A stretch of DNA of 64,000 bases. It comes from Microthyrium microscopicum (Eukaryota). How positions within the stretch are numbered: position 1 is the stretch's first letter; each line of letters starts with the position of its first letter. Made by a program: the position numbers and the translations under genes. The notes under the pieces were generated by a model, which saw only the letters and a list, made by a program, of their open reading frames with translations, did no database searches and had not been told where the DNA came from. Shown here piece after piece: positions 11,748 through 24,172 of the stretch. The DNA is taken from positions 124,001 to 188,000 of the forward strand of contig MU004241.1 of the NCBI GenBank assembly GCA_010405405.1, read 5' to 3'.

Positions 11748-12678
11748 TCATAGGCATATAGCATTAATGCGCCCCTGAATCGTGTCTAGCTTGGATCGAT
11801 CCATTTGGGACCACTCGCTTTTGAGAACCTTCTGGCAACAAAGATTGAAGATGGCATCCCATACCTCACGGCTGGGACCGTAATGGCTCTTGAGTCGGGA
11901 TTCGGAGTAGACAATGCACCAGAAGGCACCGCATTTGTGCTGGAGAAATCGAAGTTTGTTCTCGACCTTCCCGCGTGGCATTTGTTTAATGCAGTAGGCA
12001 AGAAAGCGGCATACCCGGGGGAGAAAGAGTTCGGGATTCCAGATTTCGCTGCTGTTCATTTGCTGGCCTAGTGTTAAAGGTAATTAGTTCTCCGGTCACC
12101 AAACGTGGGTACAAGTAGCTTGTAAAGAAGGGAGACGTACCTCGAAGAGCTCGGACAAACACTTCGAAATCATCTCTCACGTTCCGGCCGAAGGTACGGC
12201 CAGTGGGACTGACGATACGAGTCAATCGACTAGGACCGGCTTGGGAGCGAGAAGTAGAAGCATGAACAACAGGTCTTGCGCCCGTAGTTTGAGGTAGATC
12301 CTGAGCCGCATTCTGGGAGCCTGGAATTTGTTCGTTGCTGTCCTGGTTCACTGGCGGAAGTGAGACTGAATTTGGTGGCAGAAACAACTGCTCAGCTTGA
12401 GCCAAAGTCAGACGGCCATTGGACTTGCTCGCTGCTGCTGGCTGCAGGCCATTCGTGGTAGCCTGATTGAGAGGAATAGTAGGACGGATAGCTATAATGG
12501 GAGCAGATGTTTGAGTATCGACCATTTGACTGTCCGAGTCTCTAACTACCTGACGCTTCAGTGCTGATGTTTTGCGCTGTCGGTGGGCTCGCGGACGGTA
12601 CTCAGCTGACATGAAAGCTTCCTTCATGTATGGCGTCGCTGCCCGTCTGTACTTGCGAAAGACTTTCTTTGCGGCCAT
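11748..12678 (-). CDS. Hypothetical protein, 2 exons (12678-12141, 12067-11748), ~285 aa; basic N-terminus, disordered middle
   Basis: 73-nt intron GTACGT...ACTAAT...TAG (12140-12068) joins ORF 11986-12678 exactly in frame to ORF 11748-12059 (ALRG|QQMNSSEIW). Confidence 0.65.
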
Positions 12679-13466
12679 GTTGATGTTGGTCTGGATGTAG
12701 GATATAGATGTTGATAACTGTACTAATCGGGCAAAACAAGTTCTCTTTCCACCCTTTCGAAAGGTGGGAGGACTGAGAATGTAGCTTGGTGGAAGAGATA
12801 TGAAGAGCCTTGGGTGATATAAATAGGAGATGGCTACCTACCTAGTAAGTTGTTGAATGCTCAAAATAATACAAACTCAACATTGAAAGTTCAGCGCTGA
12901 ATAGAATTGGGTTCGAAAATACCCCTTTGAGCTTTCAAATTCTCAGAGCCGGTTTACCTGCCATAGCTACACGTTGAGAGTAGAATTTCGATCGACCCTT
13001 CCTGAAAAGCTGCTCCATGGTTCAAGTGTCTCACAACGATTGGTTTATCCAGTTTACCTGATCGACTATGATTGATAGGATCCTGGTTTATTTAGTTTGC
13101 AACATCTAGAGCTCCAAGCAGTTGGCAGGCATCGCATAATTATGGTTTCATTCGAGCATCGCTATAACATGACTTTGTATATTTAGTAGTACTGGTCATT
13201 CATCTATATACGTACCTAAGATATCTATAGTTCCAACGCCAAGTACCAAAAGTGTTAAGAGTAGAAAGAAATAATTAGGAAGTTTTAAGTTCTTGGAGTC
13301 CATAATGCTAATGAAGCAAGTCAGAATTGTTAAGGTTTTACAGAACTAATCTATACTCAATTTTGAGGGTTTGCTAGAACAGTATAAATATACTACTTAG
13401 CTATAGCCAACTTCGTGTTACATTGGAGCATAATGCTTTCTTTAGTGTGTAAAATTTTGGTTACTA

Positions 13467-14610
13467 CTATCTTCTGTCTCTCCTAGCCACAGGTGGACGA
13501 CGAAATATGTCTCCATCTCTATGTCTTTGAGCTATAGGAGTTGTGCTACAAATCTCAGTAGGTGGTGTAGTAGCGTCCAGCTCGTAAACTTCCGAGTTAG
13601 AAAGCTCTGATGGAGAAGTTTCCAGCTGTTTTCCATCCAATTCCGATTTATGCCACAATATGTCTTTCGAATCACCTGGATGGTCTTCCAGTTGAACTTC
13701 TTCCACGTGCTCTTTCCTTCTCTTGTGCCTTCTGCGAAAGACAAACGCTATCAACAGAAGTATAAGTGTGACGAATATTGTAGCTATCGATACTATTACA
13801 ATCTCAGCTGGTGAGATCCCGGATGATGAAGGTATTGGTTGATCTGTTGAGGCGGATGTTGGTGAGGTTGTGACAGAGTTGTTGAACGTTGGTTGGGCTG
13901 TTCTAGGAAAGAGTGTCAAGTCTTGTGATTTCCAAGCGACGGCATAGGCATCAACGGCCATCACACCTGTCAGGAGTGTAGTTCTGCCGTAAACTAAGGA
14001 TTTTGTCGCTCCGGTGGCAATTACTGGCACTGCCGCATTGGTGACCAGCTTGGCCCATACTGGGGTCGCTGCAGGCACATTGAAGGTTGACCAGCACGAT
14101 TCGCCTTGTACTGGTCCAGCGCCGTTTCTTGGGTATAATAGCTCATAGCCACTAGTTCACTGTCAGTCAGCTAGTTTGTTCAGATTCAGAATGGCAAATT
14201 TCTGACCTCGGGCAGCATACTGCAAAGTTGTGTTGCTCCTTCGTGAGCCAAGAGTTGAAGACAGTAGAGTACCGATCCGGACAAATTCCAGGACTGAATA
14301 TCACCATACTCAAGCCATCATATGTCTTCCCGCCCTGAGTCGCTGACGCTCCAGGTTGTGGATATGGATTGCAGTCGCCAGGCAAATCTCCTCCGGGTCG
14401 ATTATAGCCCACTTTATCAGAGAAGCCTCGAGCAACCCAAGGCAAAGGCGTTGGCTGTGCACCTCTTATAGATTCTGCGGGTGGAGGATCTGTTATGCCG
14501 TGATAGAACCATGAAGTCGCGCATGATTCTGGCTCTGAGTAAACGGTCGTGAGAGGAGTAGTAAAGAGGCCAGCTCGTGAGGGTGAAGGCGCAGTAGTGC
14601 TAGATGGCAT
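13467..14610 (-). CDS. Fungal single-pass membrane protein, paralog of 8970-10138; exons 14610-14207, 14151-13467
   Basis: TPLTTVYSEPESC, IFSPGICPDRYST...AVCCPS|GY; 55-nt intron GTCAGA..CTGAC..TAG; TM IVIVSIATIFVTLILLLIAFVF then RRRHKRRK; tail SELDG/SELS/YELDA. Confidence 0.8.
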
Positions 14611-15453
14611 GCTTGACGCGGGGCTGCCAATGAGGATGTGAAGAGTCTTCGCGTAGCAGTCGATGCAACGTTGTCTCTAACCAGCATGCCTATCTCGAAA
14701 GAGACTTGGTGTTACTCGATGGCTATCTCTTGGTAGTGAAGTGCTTCCATCGTGGCTATTGACAGCTGTGCCGCAACTCTTCGCCAGTGGCGAGTCATTT
14801 TAATTATGGAATGAATCCTACGGGCAGGCCCGAATAGGATGTTGATATATTAACTTTGAGGAGGAATCGATAAATAACCATGGTGCCCTCGCATCTGCAA
14901 ACGGCAAATGCGCCTGACCAATCAGAGCGAAGAGCAAAATATATTCACCACACACAAACGCAACAACAAAAGAATTTGAGTTGTCAATTCTCAATCGAGT
15001 AGAGTATTTAGGTCATGGCAATAATGGAAATATTGAACTGGTTAATCTTTCACTTTTCTCATAGACCAAGACTAGTCATTGTGCGGTTTCGAAGTCAAAT
15101 TTCAACAGTGGACTTCGTCAATATATCCTATGATTTGCCAATCAGAAGATGAGTGGTATACTGTATACAATCATCGTCAGCTGAATAATGCGCCTGCGCT
15201 CATGATTCTTTTTGATATGATGAGAAACACACATCTTGCGACCAGAGTTTGAAGTCGAAGATCTCAATCCTAGCTAAAATTTCAAAGTCTAATGGTGTTG
15301 ACTCGCCGAGCCGCAACCGCAAGCGGTACCGGCCACCAGCCAATAGCCTTGGTAAACAACAGCTATCTTGCCTAGGTTTATCTGATATTTCTTGAGGAGG
15401 CTCTGCAACTTGCTTTTCGCACTATTTCCGGAAATAAAACTTGACGCACAACT

Positions 15454-17279
15454 ATGGAGAAGGGCAGTGAGCTTGACGCCGAATTGGGCCACAAGGTACC
15501 AACCTCGGTGCCATCCATTGGATCGGATAAATCAGAAACCCACAAGATGAAGAAGAGCTTTGAGGAAAAGAATGAGTTTGAGAAAGAACGGGAGCCTCCA
15601 GAACAGCTTGAGATAGAAAATCTGTCGGACGATATCGAGGCTCAGGGCGACCAAGAGAAACGCTCATATGAAGTCGACCGCGACCCATATCTGGTATCAT
15701 GGGAAGGACCAGACGATCCGAAAAATCCACGAAACTGGACCTTTGGAAGAAAATGGGCCGCAGTATTTGTTGTCAGCTCGTTTACATTCATATCACCGGT
15801 TTCGTCGTCAATTGTTGCACCAGCATTGCCCAAATTGAGTGCGGACCTAGGCATCAAATCGGAATTCGAGTCCCAAATGGTGCTGTCGATATTTATCTTG
15901 AGCTACGCGATTGGGCCGCTTATTTTTGGGCCACTGTCTGAAGTTTATGGACGCGTTCGCGTACTACAGACAAGCAATTTGCTATATTTGATCTTCAACC
16001 TGGCTTGTGGCTTTGCGAAGAGTGGTAGTCAGATGTTGGCTTTTCGGTTCCTAGCTGGATTTGGTGGTAGTGCTATGTTGGCTCTTGGTGGTGGGATATT
16101 GGCAGATTGCTTTGCTGCTGTGAGCTTGAACAATTCGGCGTTCATAGGTCTAAGACTGACAGGCGTATAGGAACAAAGAGGTCAAGCAATTGGTCTCTAT
16201 ATGCTGGGTCCACTGTTAGGACCAGCAGTTGGTAAGTGAACTCCGTTGTCTCTGGATAAAACTCATGCGTTGATTAGGTCCTATTGCCGGCGGTTTCATA
16301 ACTCAGTCGGTGACATGGCGGTGGTGCTTTTGGGCAACCACAGTTTTATGCGCATTGGTTCAGCTGTCAGGATTGCTCTTTCTACAAGGTCAGATATATT
16401 ACCAAGGTGGAACTTACGAGTTTTAACAGGCCAATAGAAACTTATGCACCCATCTTGCTTCAACGTAAAGTCATGAAGCTGAGAAAGGAGGAAGGAGATC
16501 AAAGATACCACTCTGGGCATGATGAAGACAAGAAGCTGCTTCCTCTTTTGGGAACAGCATTGATGCGACCATTCCGTCTATTGATGCAGCCAATTATTCA
16601 AGTCCTCGCGAGTAAGTGGTAGTCGACTCAACCGTACTTCTGAATCTAATAATTGCCAGTTTGGAACTTGTACAACTATGGCCTGATGTATCTGATCCTT
16701 TCCACCTTCCCAACGTTGTGGACGGAGAGATACGGAGAGAGTATTGGCATAGCTGGCCTCAACTATATCAGTCTCGGCCTAGGATTCTGGATTTCCGGCC
16801 AAATAACAGCGCCATTGAATGACAAAATTTATCGAAGCCTCAAGCGTAAGAACGGAGGTGTGGGCAAACCAGAATTTCGAACACCATTGATGTTCATTGG
16901 TGCCGGGTTACTGCCAATCGGTATTTTCATCTATGGCTGGACGGCCCAAGAGCGGGTACACTGGATTGCACCAAATATTGGAGCTGCATTGTTTGCGGCT
17001 GGAAACATCATCATCCATCAATGCAGTCAGACATATATCCTTGATTGCTATACGCGATATGCAGCAAGCGGGACTGCAGCTGTCGTTGTTCTGCGCAGTC
17101 TGGCGGGATTTGGATTCCCACTCTTTGCACCGTATCTCTACCAAAAGCTGGATTACGGGTGGGGAAATAGTCTTCTAGGCTTTATTGCGGTTTTCATTGG
17201 AATTCCGGCGCCTTTCTTGTTCTGGAAGTTTGGAGAAAGATTACGTGCCAGAAGTCAGTTCGCGGCAGGAGGTTCATAG
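15454..17279 (+). CDS. MFS multidrug transporter, DHA1 family (about 5 exons)
   Basis: WEGPDDPKNPRNW, GPLSEVYGRVRV, LAFRFLAGFG, GPLLGPAVGP, ETYAPILL, KPEFRTP, GWGNSLLGF; introns at ~16120-16170, 16232-16277, ~16389-16437, ~16612-16659. Confidence 0.92.
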
Positions 17280-17762
17280 CGCGTGTTGTAGTAGTTTGAG
17301 GATGGCATCTCTTATCGCCAAAAGTCGGCATATCTGGATAATGAACATAATAGACCCACTAGAGTGACGCTAGATCAAGATCTCAAGTTCCGGAAGTTCC
17401 AAACGAAGTCGACGATGTTGATGTTGATGTTGACTTTGAGATGGAAGTTGAAATTCAGGGCGCGAGTTAGTTCGTGTAAGGCACCAAGGCCTTCCAAGAT
17501 CACAGTCAGGCCAAAACCGCGGCCCTTTTCCGATGACATCCATCAATTCTCTTCATTAAACATTCACAAAGCACAGTAACAACCTAATCCTTCAATCTTT
17601 CACGTTCCGAGAATCACCCAGATCCTGCTGAACGGCAGCTTCCCTTTCCCGCGTCGTCGTATTCACCAGTCGCCCACCTATTACTCTTCCAACCATTCTA
17701 CACATCCATGAATATCTCCACCTCCTTAATCCCTTACGCTCGACCCGTGCCTTGGTCATAAT

Positions 17763-20163
17763 ATGCCAACCCCAAGTAGCCCACCGGCAACCCTCCGCAA
17801 GCCAGCATACACCGATACTGGCGGGTCCCTCGTTCTCCCCAAGCAAAGGCCACAGTCTCCGAGCGCTTCCATATCATCACTTCCCTTTCGATCGAATCCC
17901 TCAATATCCTCTCTCTACGCTTCTACATCTCTTGCCGGCTCAATCAGAAGTTCTGGAGCATCGACGCCTACCACCGATACTATCCCTGGCGGGTCTACCC
18001 TCTACTCTGATGGCAAATCCGGTTCTACGGTAGCAAACGGGACGGCAGGGTCGCCAGAAGTCCGAACTCTCATAGCCCGCGCCTTTGCGCCTCATGTTGG
18101 CGTGGTATCATCTACAGACACTGAGGCTTTGTTACGAGAGAGGGGGTTTAGTGGAGGGTTGTTGGAACTCATAAGACCATATGGGGAATCGGTCTCTGGA
18201 AGAGTCACTGTTCGCGACAGCATAGGAGCAAGTCGCACGTGGGACGACTTTGGGATACGATTTGTTGGTCTCAAAGATGGACTCAGCAGTCCCCGGCTGC
18301 CGGGGAGTAGTCGGCCCAGTCTTGAATCAAGGTCTAGTGGCGCAAATGGTAGTGTTGGGTCTGGAAGGTCAAAACAATCTGTTGATGTGCCGCGGCTTGG
18401 AGGTGATGTCAGCCAGATCGAAGAAGTGGTGGATAGACATTTGAATTTCGCTGAATTACGGCCTTCGAACCCCGACTACTTGTCAGAGTCACAACCTGAC
18501 CTCCAGGCAGACTCGGCGAAAACCTCGACGGATATTCCTCTCCGAACTGTCTCCCCTTTCTATACACTTTATCTCCGTAGATTACTTTCAGGACTACCTC
18601 TAACACCACACGAAACCTTTTCACATCCAGTCGCTTGCGTGATAGCAACAAGTTCTCGGAATCCAGCGCCAATAGAAGAGTTTAAGAGGCTCTATACGGC
18701 CACGAATACCGGTGATGATCGGCTTCCCCAATGGGTCAATAATGAGTACCTACGTTATTACGTTCTAATACATGATGAAGACAATGATGATATACAAAAG
18801 TCGGTTGCTTTGTATGAACAGATGAAACGTCATTTCGGGTTACATTGTCATCTTCTGAGACTAAGATCGAGTCAATGCGTACCTTCAGATGATGATAGCA
18901 CTAGGTTGCCAATAAGTGAATGGATGACGGCTGGCGAAGAGCTTGCCGCAATTCATCAAAGAGGTAAGTACCCACAATCTAGCATGTATTTCTCTCTGAC
19001 ATAAATTAGAAACATCGCACGATCTCGAAGACCCAACGCCATGCCTTTTTGAATCTGATGCTGCCGCAATTAGGACATTCGTCCGCGAACTCGTCACCCA
19101 GTCCATCGTCCCTGGCATGGAGCGCCTCTGCGCGCAATGGAACGAACAAGTCGCCACACGCCGCAAAGGCCTGTCCGGCCGCCTCCTATCAGTCGGCAAA
19201 CGCTGGGGTTTTGGCCTCAGTCGCAACTCATCCACCCCCGTCCCTTCTGTTGGCTCAAGCAGCTACGACTCCCTCCAAGGCTTCTACCGGCCCGACACAC
19301 CGGAAGCCCTCATGCGTAAACTTGCTGATTATGCATTCATGCTTCGCGACTTCAAGCTCGCCCAACAAACCTACGACGTTCTCCGCTCTGATTTCGAGCA
19401 CGACAAAGCCTGGAAATACTATGCTGGTGCTAATGAAATGTATCTAGTCTCTACCATGCTCAACACTCCACAACCCATCAATAAACGCCTCGAGTCCATC
19501 GAGCGGTGGCTCGAAGCCGCTGTACACTCATATGTCCACCGGTGTGATGCACCTTTCTACGCCCTACGAACTCTCCTCCTAGCCTTTGAGGCCGCTAAAG
19601 CCCGTGGCAGCCTCAGTGTTGATGACGCAGCCAAGTGGCCCGCACGCGTGCTCGCCATGTCTCTTACGGGACCAATCGGTCGCGCCCTCGTCATGGAGCG
19701 CATTGCTAGCTGCTATGGGCAACATCGAAGACCGGGCGCGAGAAGGCGTAAGCGAGCGCTGTGGAGTCTAATGGCCGCAGACGCATGGGCAGAGCGCGGT
19801 AAAACAGTACAAGCTGAACAAGCTCTCGCAGATGCAAAGATGGCATATGGGGTCGTGCAGCAGGTACCACCGGAGTTGTCGTTCATGATACCGGTGCTGC
19901 AGTCGCTTCAGGAACGCATAGTGAGTGGCCGGCTGGATGCGTTGGGGCATGATGAGCAGGTTGATGAACATGTGCTTGAGGATGAGATGCCAGTGGATCC
20001 CATCGAGGAGGTGGTTGTTAGCGAGGAGTTGGGCGGAATGCGGCAGCCAAGACGGGGATTGCTGGCGACCGAGGGAGGTGGATCGGGAGAGATGGAGGGT
20101 GTGCCACTGTCGCCAGTGAGGACGAGGAGTACAGACGCGATGGGCGATGAAGGCTTTGTGTAG
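17763..20163 (+). CDS. TRS85: TRAPPIII-specific subunit Trs85 (TRAPPC8); exons 17763-18963, 19010-20163, ~784 aa
   Basis: YLRRLLSGLPLTPHETFSHPVACVIA, LRYYVLIHDED, MKRHFGLHCHLLRLRS, WNEQVATRRKG, RKLADYAFMLRDF, DKAWKYYAGANEM; 46-nt GTAAGT..CTGAC..TAG intron. Confidence 0.92.
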
Positions 20164-21032
20164 TAGGCGGTAGCATGAGTGAAGCTTTATACAGTTGCAT
20201 AGCGTGTCGGCGTGCTGATTATTTAGATGGACTTCGGTATGCATTATTTTCAAAACGATTTTGCCACGCCACTTTAATCCCCTCTTGACTTCGTGCGATT
20301 TATGGCGGATTGGCTCAAGTCAAAGGAGTCATGTCTACTGTCGTTAAGACACTTGAAGAGAGTCTTTACAGCGCTAAATCTTTTACACAGACTCCGTTGA
20401 AAACTCGTTAAAGGTAATCATTTTACATATCTTATCACAACCTAGTAGCGACTAGCAGCAATCGCGCTGATGAAAAAGGTTTGTTCATTGGCATCTAATA
20501 CTAATCGTATATCTCAGTATACTTCAGTTGTTTGAGATTCTACATGTTAGTGGCTTAAATTCGGTGTGTGTCAATCGCAAGTTAGCAATTAATTTCACAA
20601 ATGCTCTACTTTTTCTCGAGCCTCGGTGTTCTATTCATCGCACCAGTTCTTGCGATGATAGTCCATGGTGAAACTCAGACACTGAACACATATCTGCGTT
20701 CCTGCCATTTTCAGTAGAGTCAGGATCTGAAATGCCCAGGAGCTGAGTTTACTCACAACGTACACAGGTATATACTGTAAGTAGATATGGGGCCTTTCAC
20801 ATTTCATACAACCTTCCTTAAACGGAAGAGTGTTGGGTATTTGTGAACATTTCTCAAACATTGATTTCCTTCCTGAACTTTCAAATTCTCATCTCTGAGT
20901 TTATAAGAGCCATGCTGTGCCAAAATTTATAACTTAACTTCCTATTAAATCATTTTTATCCTCATTCTACTGCAAGCAAAACTTATAATTACATGTTCTA
21001 GGTTGCAGCCATCCGAGCTATCATCTCTCGTC

Positions 21033-21914
21033 ATGGCCCAGACCGATCGACCGCGTCGACCGGCGCCAAAGCGGACATACAACGTAGATGACCTTGCCGA
21101 TCAGCAAGACAACGGAAAGCACTACGACCCGGAAGACCTTGTGGAGTGGCGCGGTAATGGTCGTGGCTCCAAGAGAAAAGTCGCCAGAGAATCCGGAAAC
21201 AAGAGCACTGATGAATACGAGTGTCAATCTGAGAGCGACGGTGATCTCTGCGAGATTTCAGAATCGGAATTCTCTGTCCACCAGAAATCGGTCTCTCCAG
21301 AACAAGAATTGCCGGACCACGAAGCTCAAGTCCTCCAGGAGAAGCTCCGCCTCGAGATACTCAGCTTCAAGAAAAGCCGCCCTGGCAAGAAAGCCCGCCC
21401 TATGCAGCTGCCACCCAACACCTGGTCTTCTTCAAGCTCAGATAGAATCAAGGGCGTACCCAATTCATCGTCAGCGCCGTCAGCACGCAGCACCAGCAGT
21501 CGTTTGTCTTCTTTTGCACCTGAAGCTAGTACTACAGCCACTCCCATTGAACCATCTGCAGCCTCTTCTCCTGCGCCGTTAGTGCCAGTCACATTCAGAG
21601 TGGAAGGCTGGGCTCGTTCTGGGCCGAATGTACTCGTATGTCACCCCGATGACCCGATGAAGGATCACTGGTCATACAAACGCGAGTTCGAAAAGTTCGT
21701 TGAGAAAATTGACGGTCAGTTTTTCCCTACCAGAGTTCTTTACCTTATCTATTCCAGAATCAGAGCAGAACTAAACATGGCCCAGCCAACATTCCAGATT
21801 GGACAATCAATCGTGTATGGTCTCGACGATCAGTTCGCGGTCACCTGGAAGGTTTCCTCACTCATTGTGCCTCTCAAGGCCCAGAGCACCCTCAAGAAAA
21901 GTATGAGTACCTGA
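21033..21914 (+). CDS. Hypothetical protein, ~293 aa (charged/Ser-rich N-terminus, short folded-looking C-terminus)
   Basis: Long GC-balanced ORF with ATG at 21033; no recognised motif. Confidence 0.55.
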   Translation: MAQTDRPRRPAPKRTYNVDDLADQQDNGKHYDPEDLVEWRGNGRGSKRKVARESGNKSTDEYECQSESDGDLCEISESEFSVHQKSVSPEQELPDHEAQVLQEKLRLEILSFKKSRPGKKARPMQLPPNTWSSSSSDRIKGVPNSSSAPSARSTSSRLSSFAPEASTTATPIEPSAASSPAPLVPVTFRVEGWARSGPNVLVCHPDDPMKDHWSYKREFEKFVEKIDGQFFPTRVLYLIYSRIRAELNMAQPTFQIGQSIVYGLDDQFAVTWKVSSLIVPLKAQSTLKKSMST

Positions 21915-23336
21915 AGCACTGGGCGCAAGAGATTGGTTTGTGGCATCGTGCTTCGTTTGTTCCTGATGAGCCTATCTCCTTTGACGAGTGGGAATTGGAT
22001 GCTACCCTGATCTGCCTCAAGTTGAAGAACCAGAAGCACCCGAAAATTGAAAAACCTTGATGCAAAATGAAACAATCGAGCTAGCATCCGTTTCTTGTAC
22101 TGGACTTCGTGAGAATGGATAATGTACACTGGCCCAGGTACTTAAAACATATCTTCAAACAACCACAATCACCTGCCTTCGCCCACTCTTACTTTTGTAG
22201 CGATTAAAATTAAGAGCTTTATAGTATAGCTGTATCTATAAGATTCTAGCGACGGACTTCAATATGGCTTATACAGTCTGATACGGCGTCTGATTGCGAC
22301 TGAAGTCTTCTTCCAATGCGATAGATGGCACGAATTTGTTGCTTATATGCTGCTTGTAAAGGCAATCAATAGTATCGATCCAGAAAACGGATCGATGACT
22401 CGACAAAATAAATGGCACGCTCCTATCAAGTTTGATATGTACTACCGCAATTTGTAGATAGGATACTTCGCATATTACTGTATTCAATACTCTACGGCCT
22501 CTTTTCCGTAGTCAATAGAAACACGGCTAGTTGATAATAGATTGTTTCGAATAAGAGCGAATGAAGCTAATAGAGAGCACTTCATCTCTTTTGTCCTTCG
22601 CTTGTGTTGACTGACATCGTCCCACGGCCCTATTTGAAGTTATGGATAGCCAGAGAAGTAAACCACCTATCAAGTCGTCTACCAGGCGATGGTATAGAAA
22701 AAGCTGCAGAGCTGCTGGCGATATCTCAACCATTGGAGCAATTCTCAGCGTGCTTCCTTATACAAATCTTGACAAGGGCGAAATTGTCTATCAATATCGA
22801 ACAAAAGAAATCCTCGCAGCCTACAAATATATGTTACTTGATCTACTGTTATATGTACCTCACAAGATGCGGAAAAAACTTCAAGTCCTAAACGATATGC
22901 AGCGATCTGTTGGCGTAAGTCCTGAAAGCTCGAAGTAATATTCCTATCTTCCGTCGAAGAAAGAACTTTTGAGATATCATGTACCAGTAAGGCTAGCACA
23001 AGTCTCACATCGATCAATTTTAAGATGATATAATAGGATGAAAAGTGACACATAATGGTAAGAACGCTCACGCCAGACTGTTACAACACGCTACTATATG
23101 GTTCGAAGCCGAAGCTGAAGTGTTGCGCTTTCTTCGAGAAACTAGTTCAAAGTGTGGATCTCATATATATTTATAAAAAGGCTATGGCGTTCAATCAATC
23201 TACTAAGAATAGAACAGCTTGCTGATTAGTATAGCGATAATATCCTGAGAACATTTGAGAATCGTCGAGGCACATTGGAACCAGCGTTCGCGAAGTACGA
23301 TTGGGATTTGTCCTTTTCTTTGCACTGTATTCCAGG

Positions 23337-24035
23337 ATGCCGGAAACAATTCCTCGCCTTCGACTAAACCATACAGCCCCTGTCAAGGGTAAATTCGCCA
23401 TGTTTGGTATTTTTGATACGAAGAGACTGCAAGTTGAGTACAAGATAGACCTGGAGGATCTAGAATGTATCGCGCTTCGCGCTTATGGTGCGATGCAAGA
23501 AACGTGGCCTGGTGCGCTGAACCATCTCAAACCTCGTGCCATGACAGCCATGCTAGTCGACAGCAAACTCTATCTGTGTTCCTCCATCAAGGGCGGTCCG
23601 CCTTCCTTCATAGACCTCTTGGACCCTGAATCGAAAGAACGTATTCTTCTAGCCAATCATCTTCAGAACTCTCAATTGATCGCCAGTGCTTATGAGTCGG
23701 CTATAGATCACACCAACGGGGGAAATTGTGGCGAGCTTCATGCTCTGTACCGCTGGATTCAGGATAATCCAGGACATTCATTTCCAAATACCCCAGATAT
23801 GCTGATCACAACCGCGAAATCTGGAGGCCAGATTATGAGCCCATGCGGTAGAGAGGCCGAGGAGTCAAGCACACTGCCTCGAGGATGCTTCTCGTTGATG
23901 AAGTTTCTGTGTCTGCGAGCTTCTAGTAAAAGAAGGGTTGTAGATCACTTCGATCGCTACAAGCGCACTTCCACGATGATTGGGTTATTGAGGCCATTGA
24001 CCGGTAGCCCGATGCTTCCAGACTCTGTCGAGTAG
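23337..24035 (+). CDS. Putative Zn-dependent deaminase-fold protein (H-x5-CGE ... PC-x13-C)
   Basis: HTNGGNCGE at 23709-23735, PCG at 23841-23849 and GC at 23883-23888, preceded by TAMLVDSKLYLCSSIKG; start codon uncertain. Confidence 0.55.
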   Translation: MPETIPRLRLNHTAPVKGKFAMFGIFDTKRLQVEYKIDLEDLECIALRAYGAMQETWPGALNHLKPRAMTAMLVDSKLYLCSSIKGGPPSFIDLLDPESKERILLANHLQNSQLIASAYESAIDHTNGGNCGELHALYRWIQDNPGHSFPNTPDMLITTAKSGGQIMSPCGREAEESSTLPRGCFSLMKFLCLRASSKRRVVDHFDRYKRTSTMIGLLRPLTGSPMLPDSVE

Positions 24036-24172
24036 CAAGATGAAGTACAGTCAGAGACTAAGAAGGAGAACGAGAAATAATTGTGACTGTCCACGAAGCC
24101 GCGAAGATACCATGGCACCAGCGTCACTTTGACGGATACTTCTGCTATTCATAAAGCGTAGCTCATCTAAAA

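Noticed and set aside
22269..23071. Several overlapping 70-110 aa ORFs
   Set aside because: No recognisable motif or convincing splice model; could be a decayed gene.
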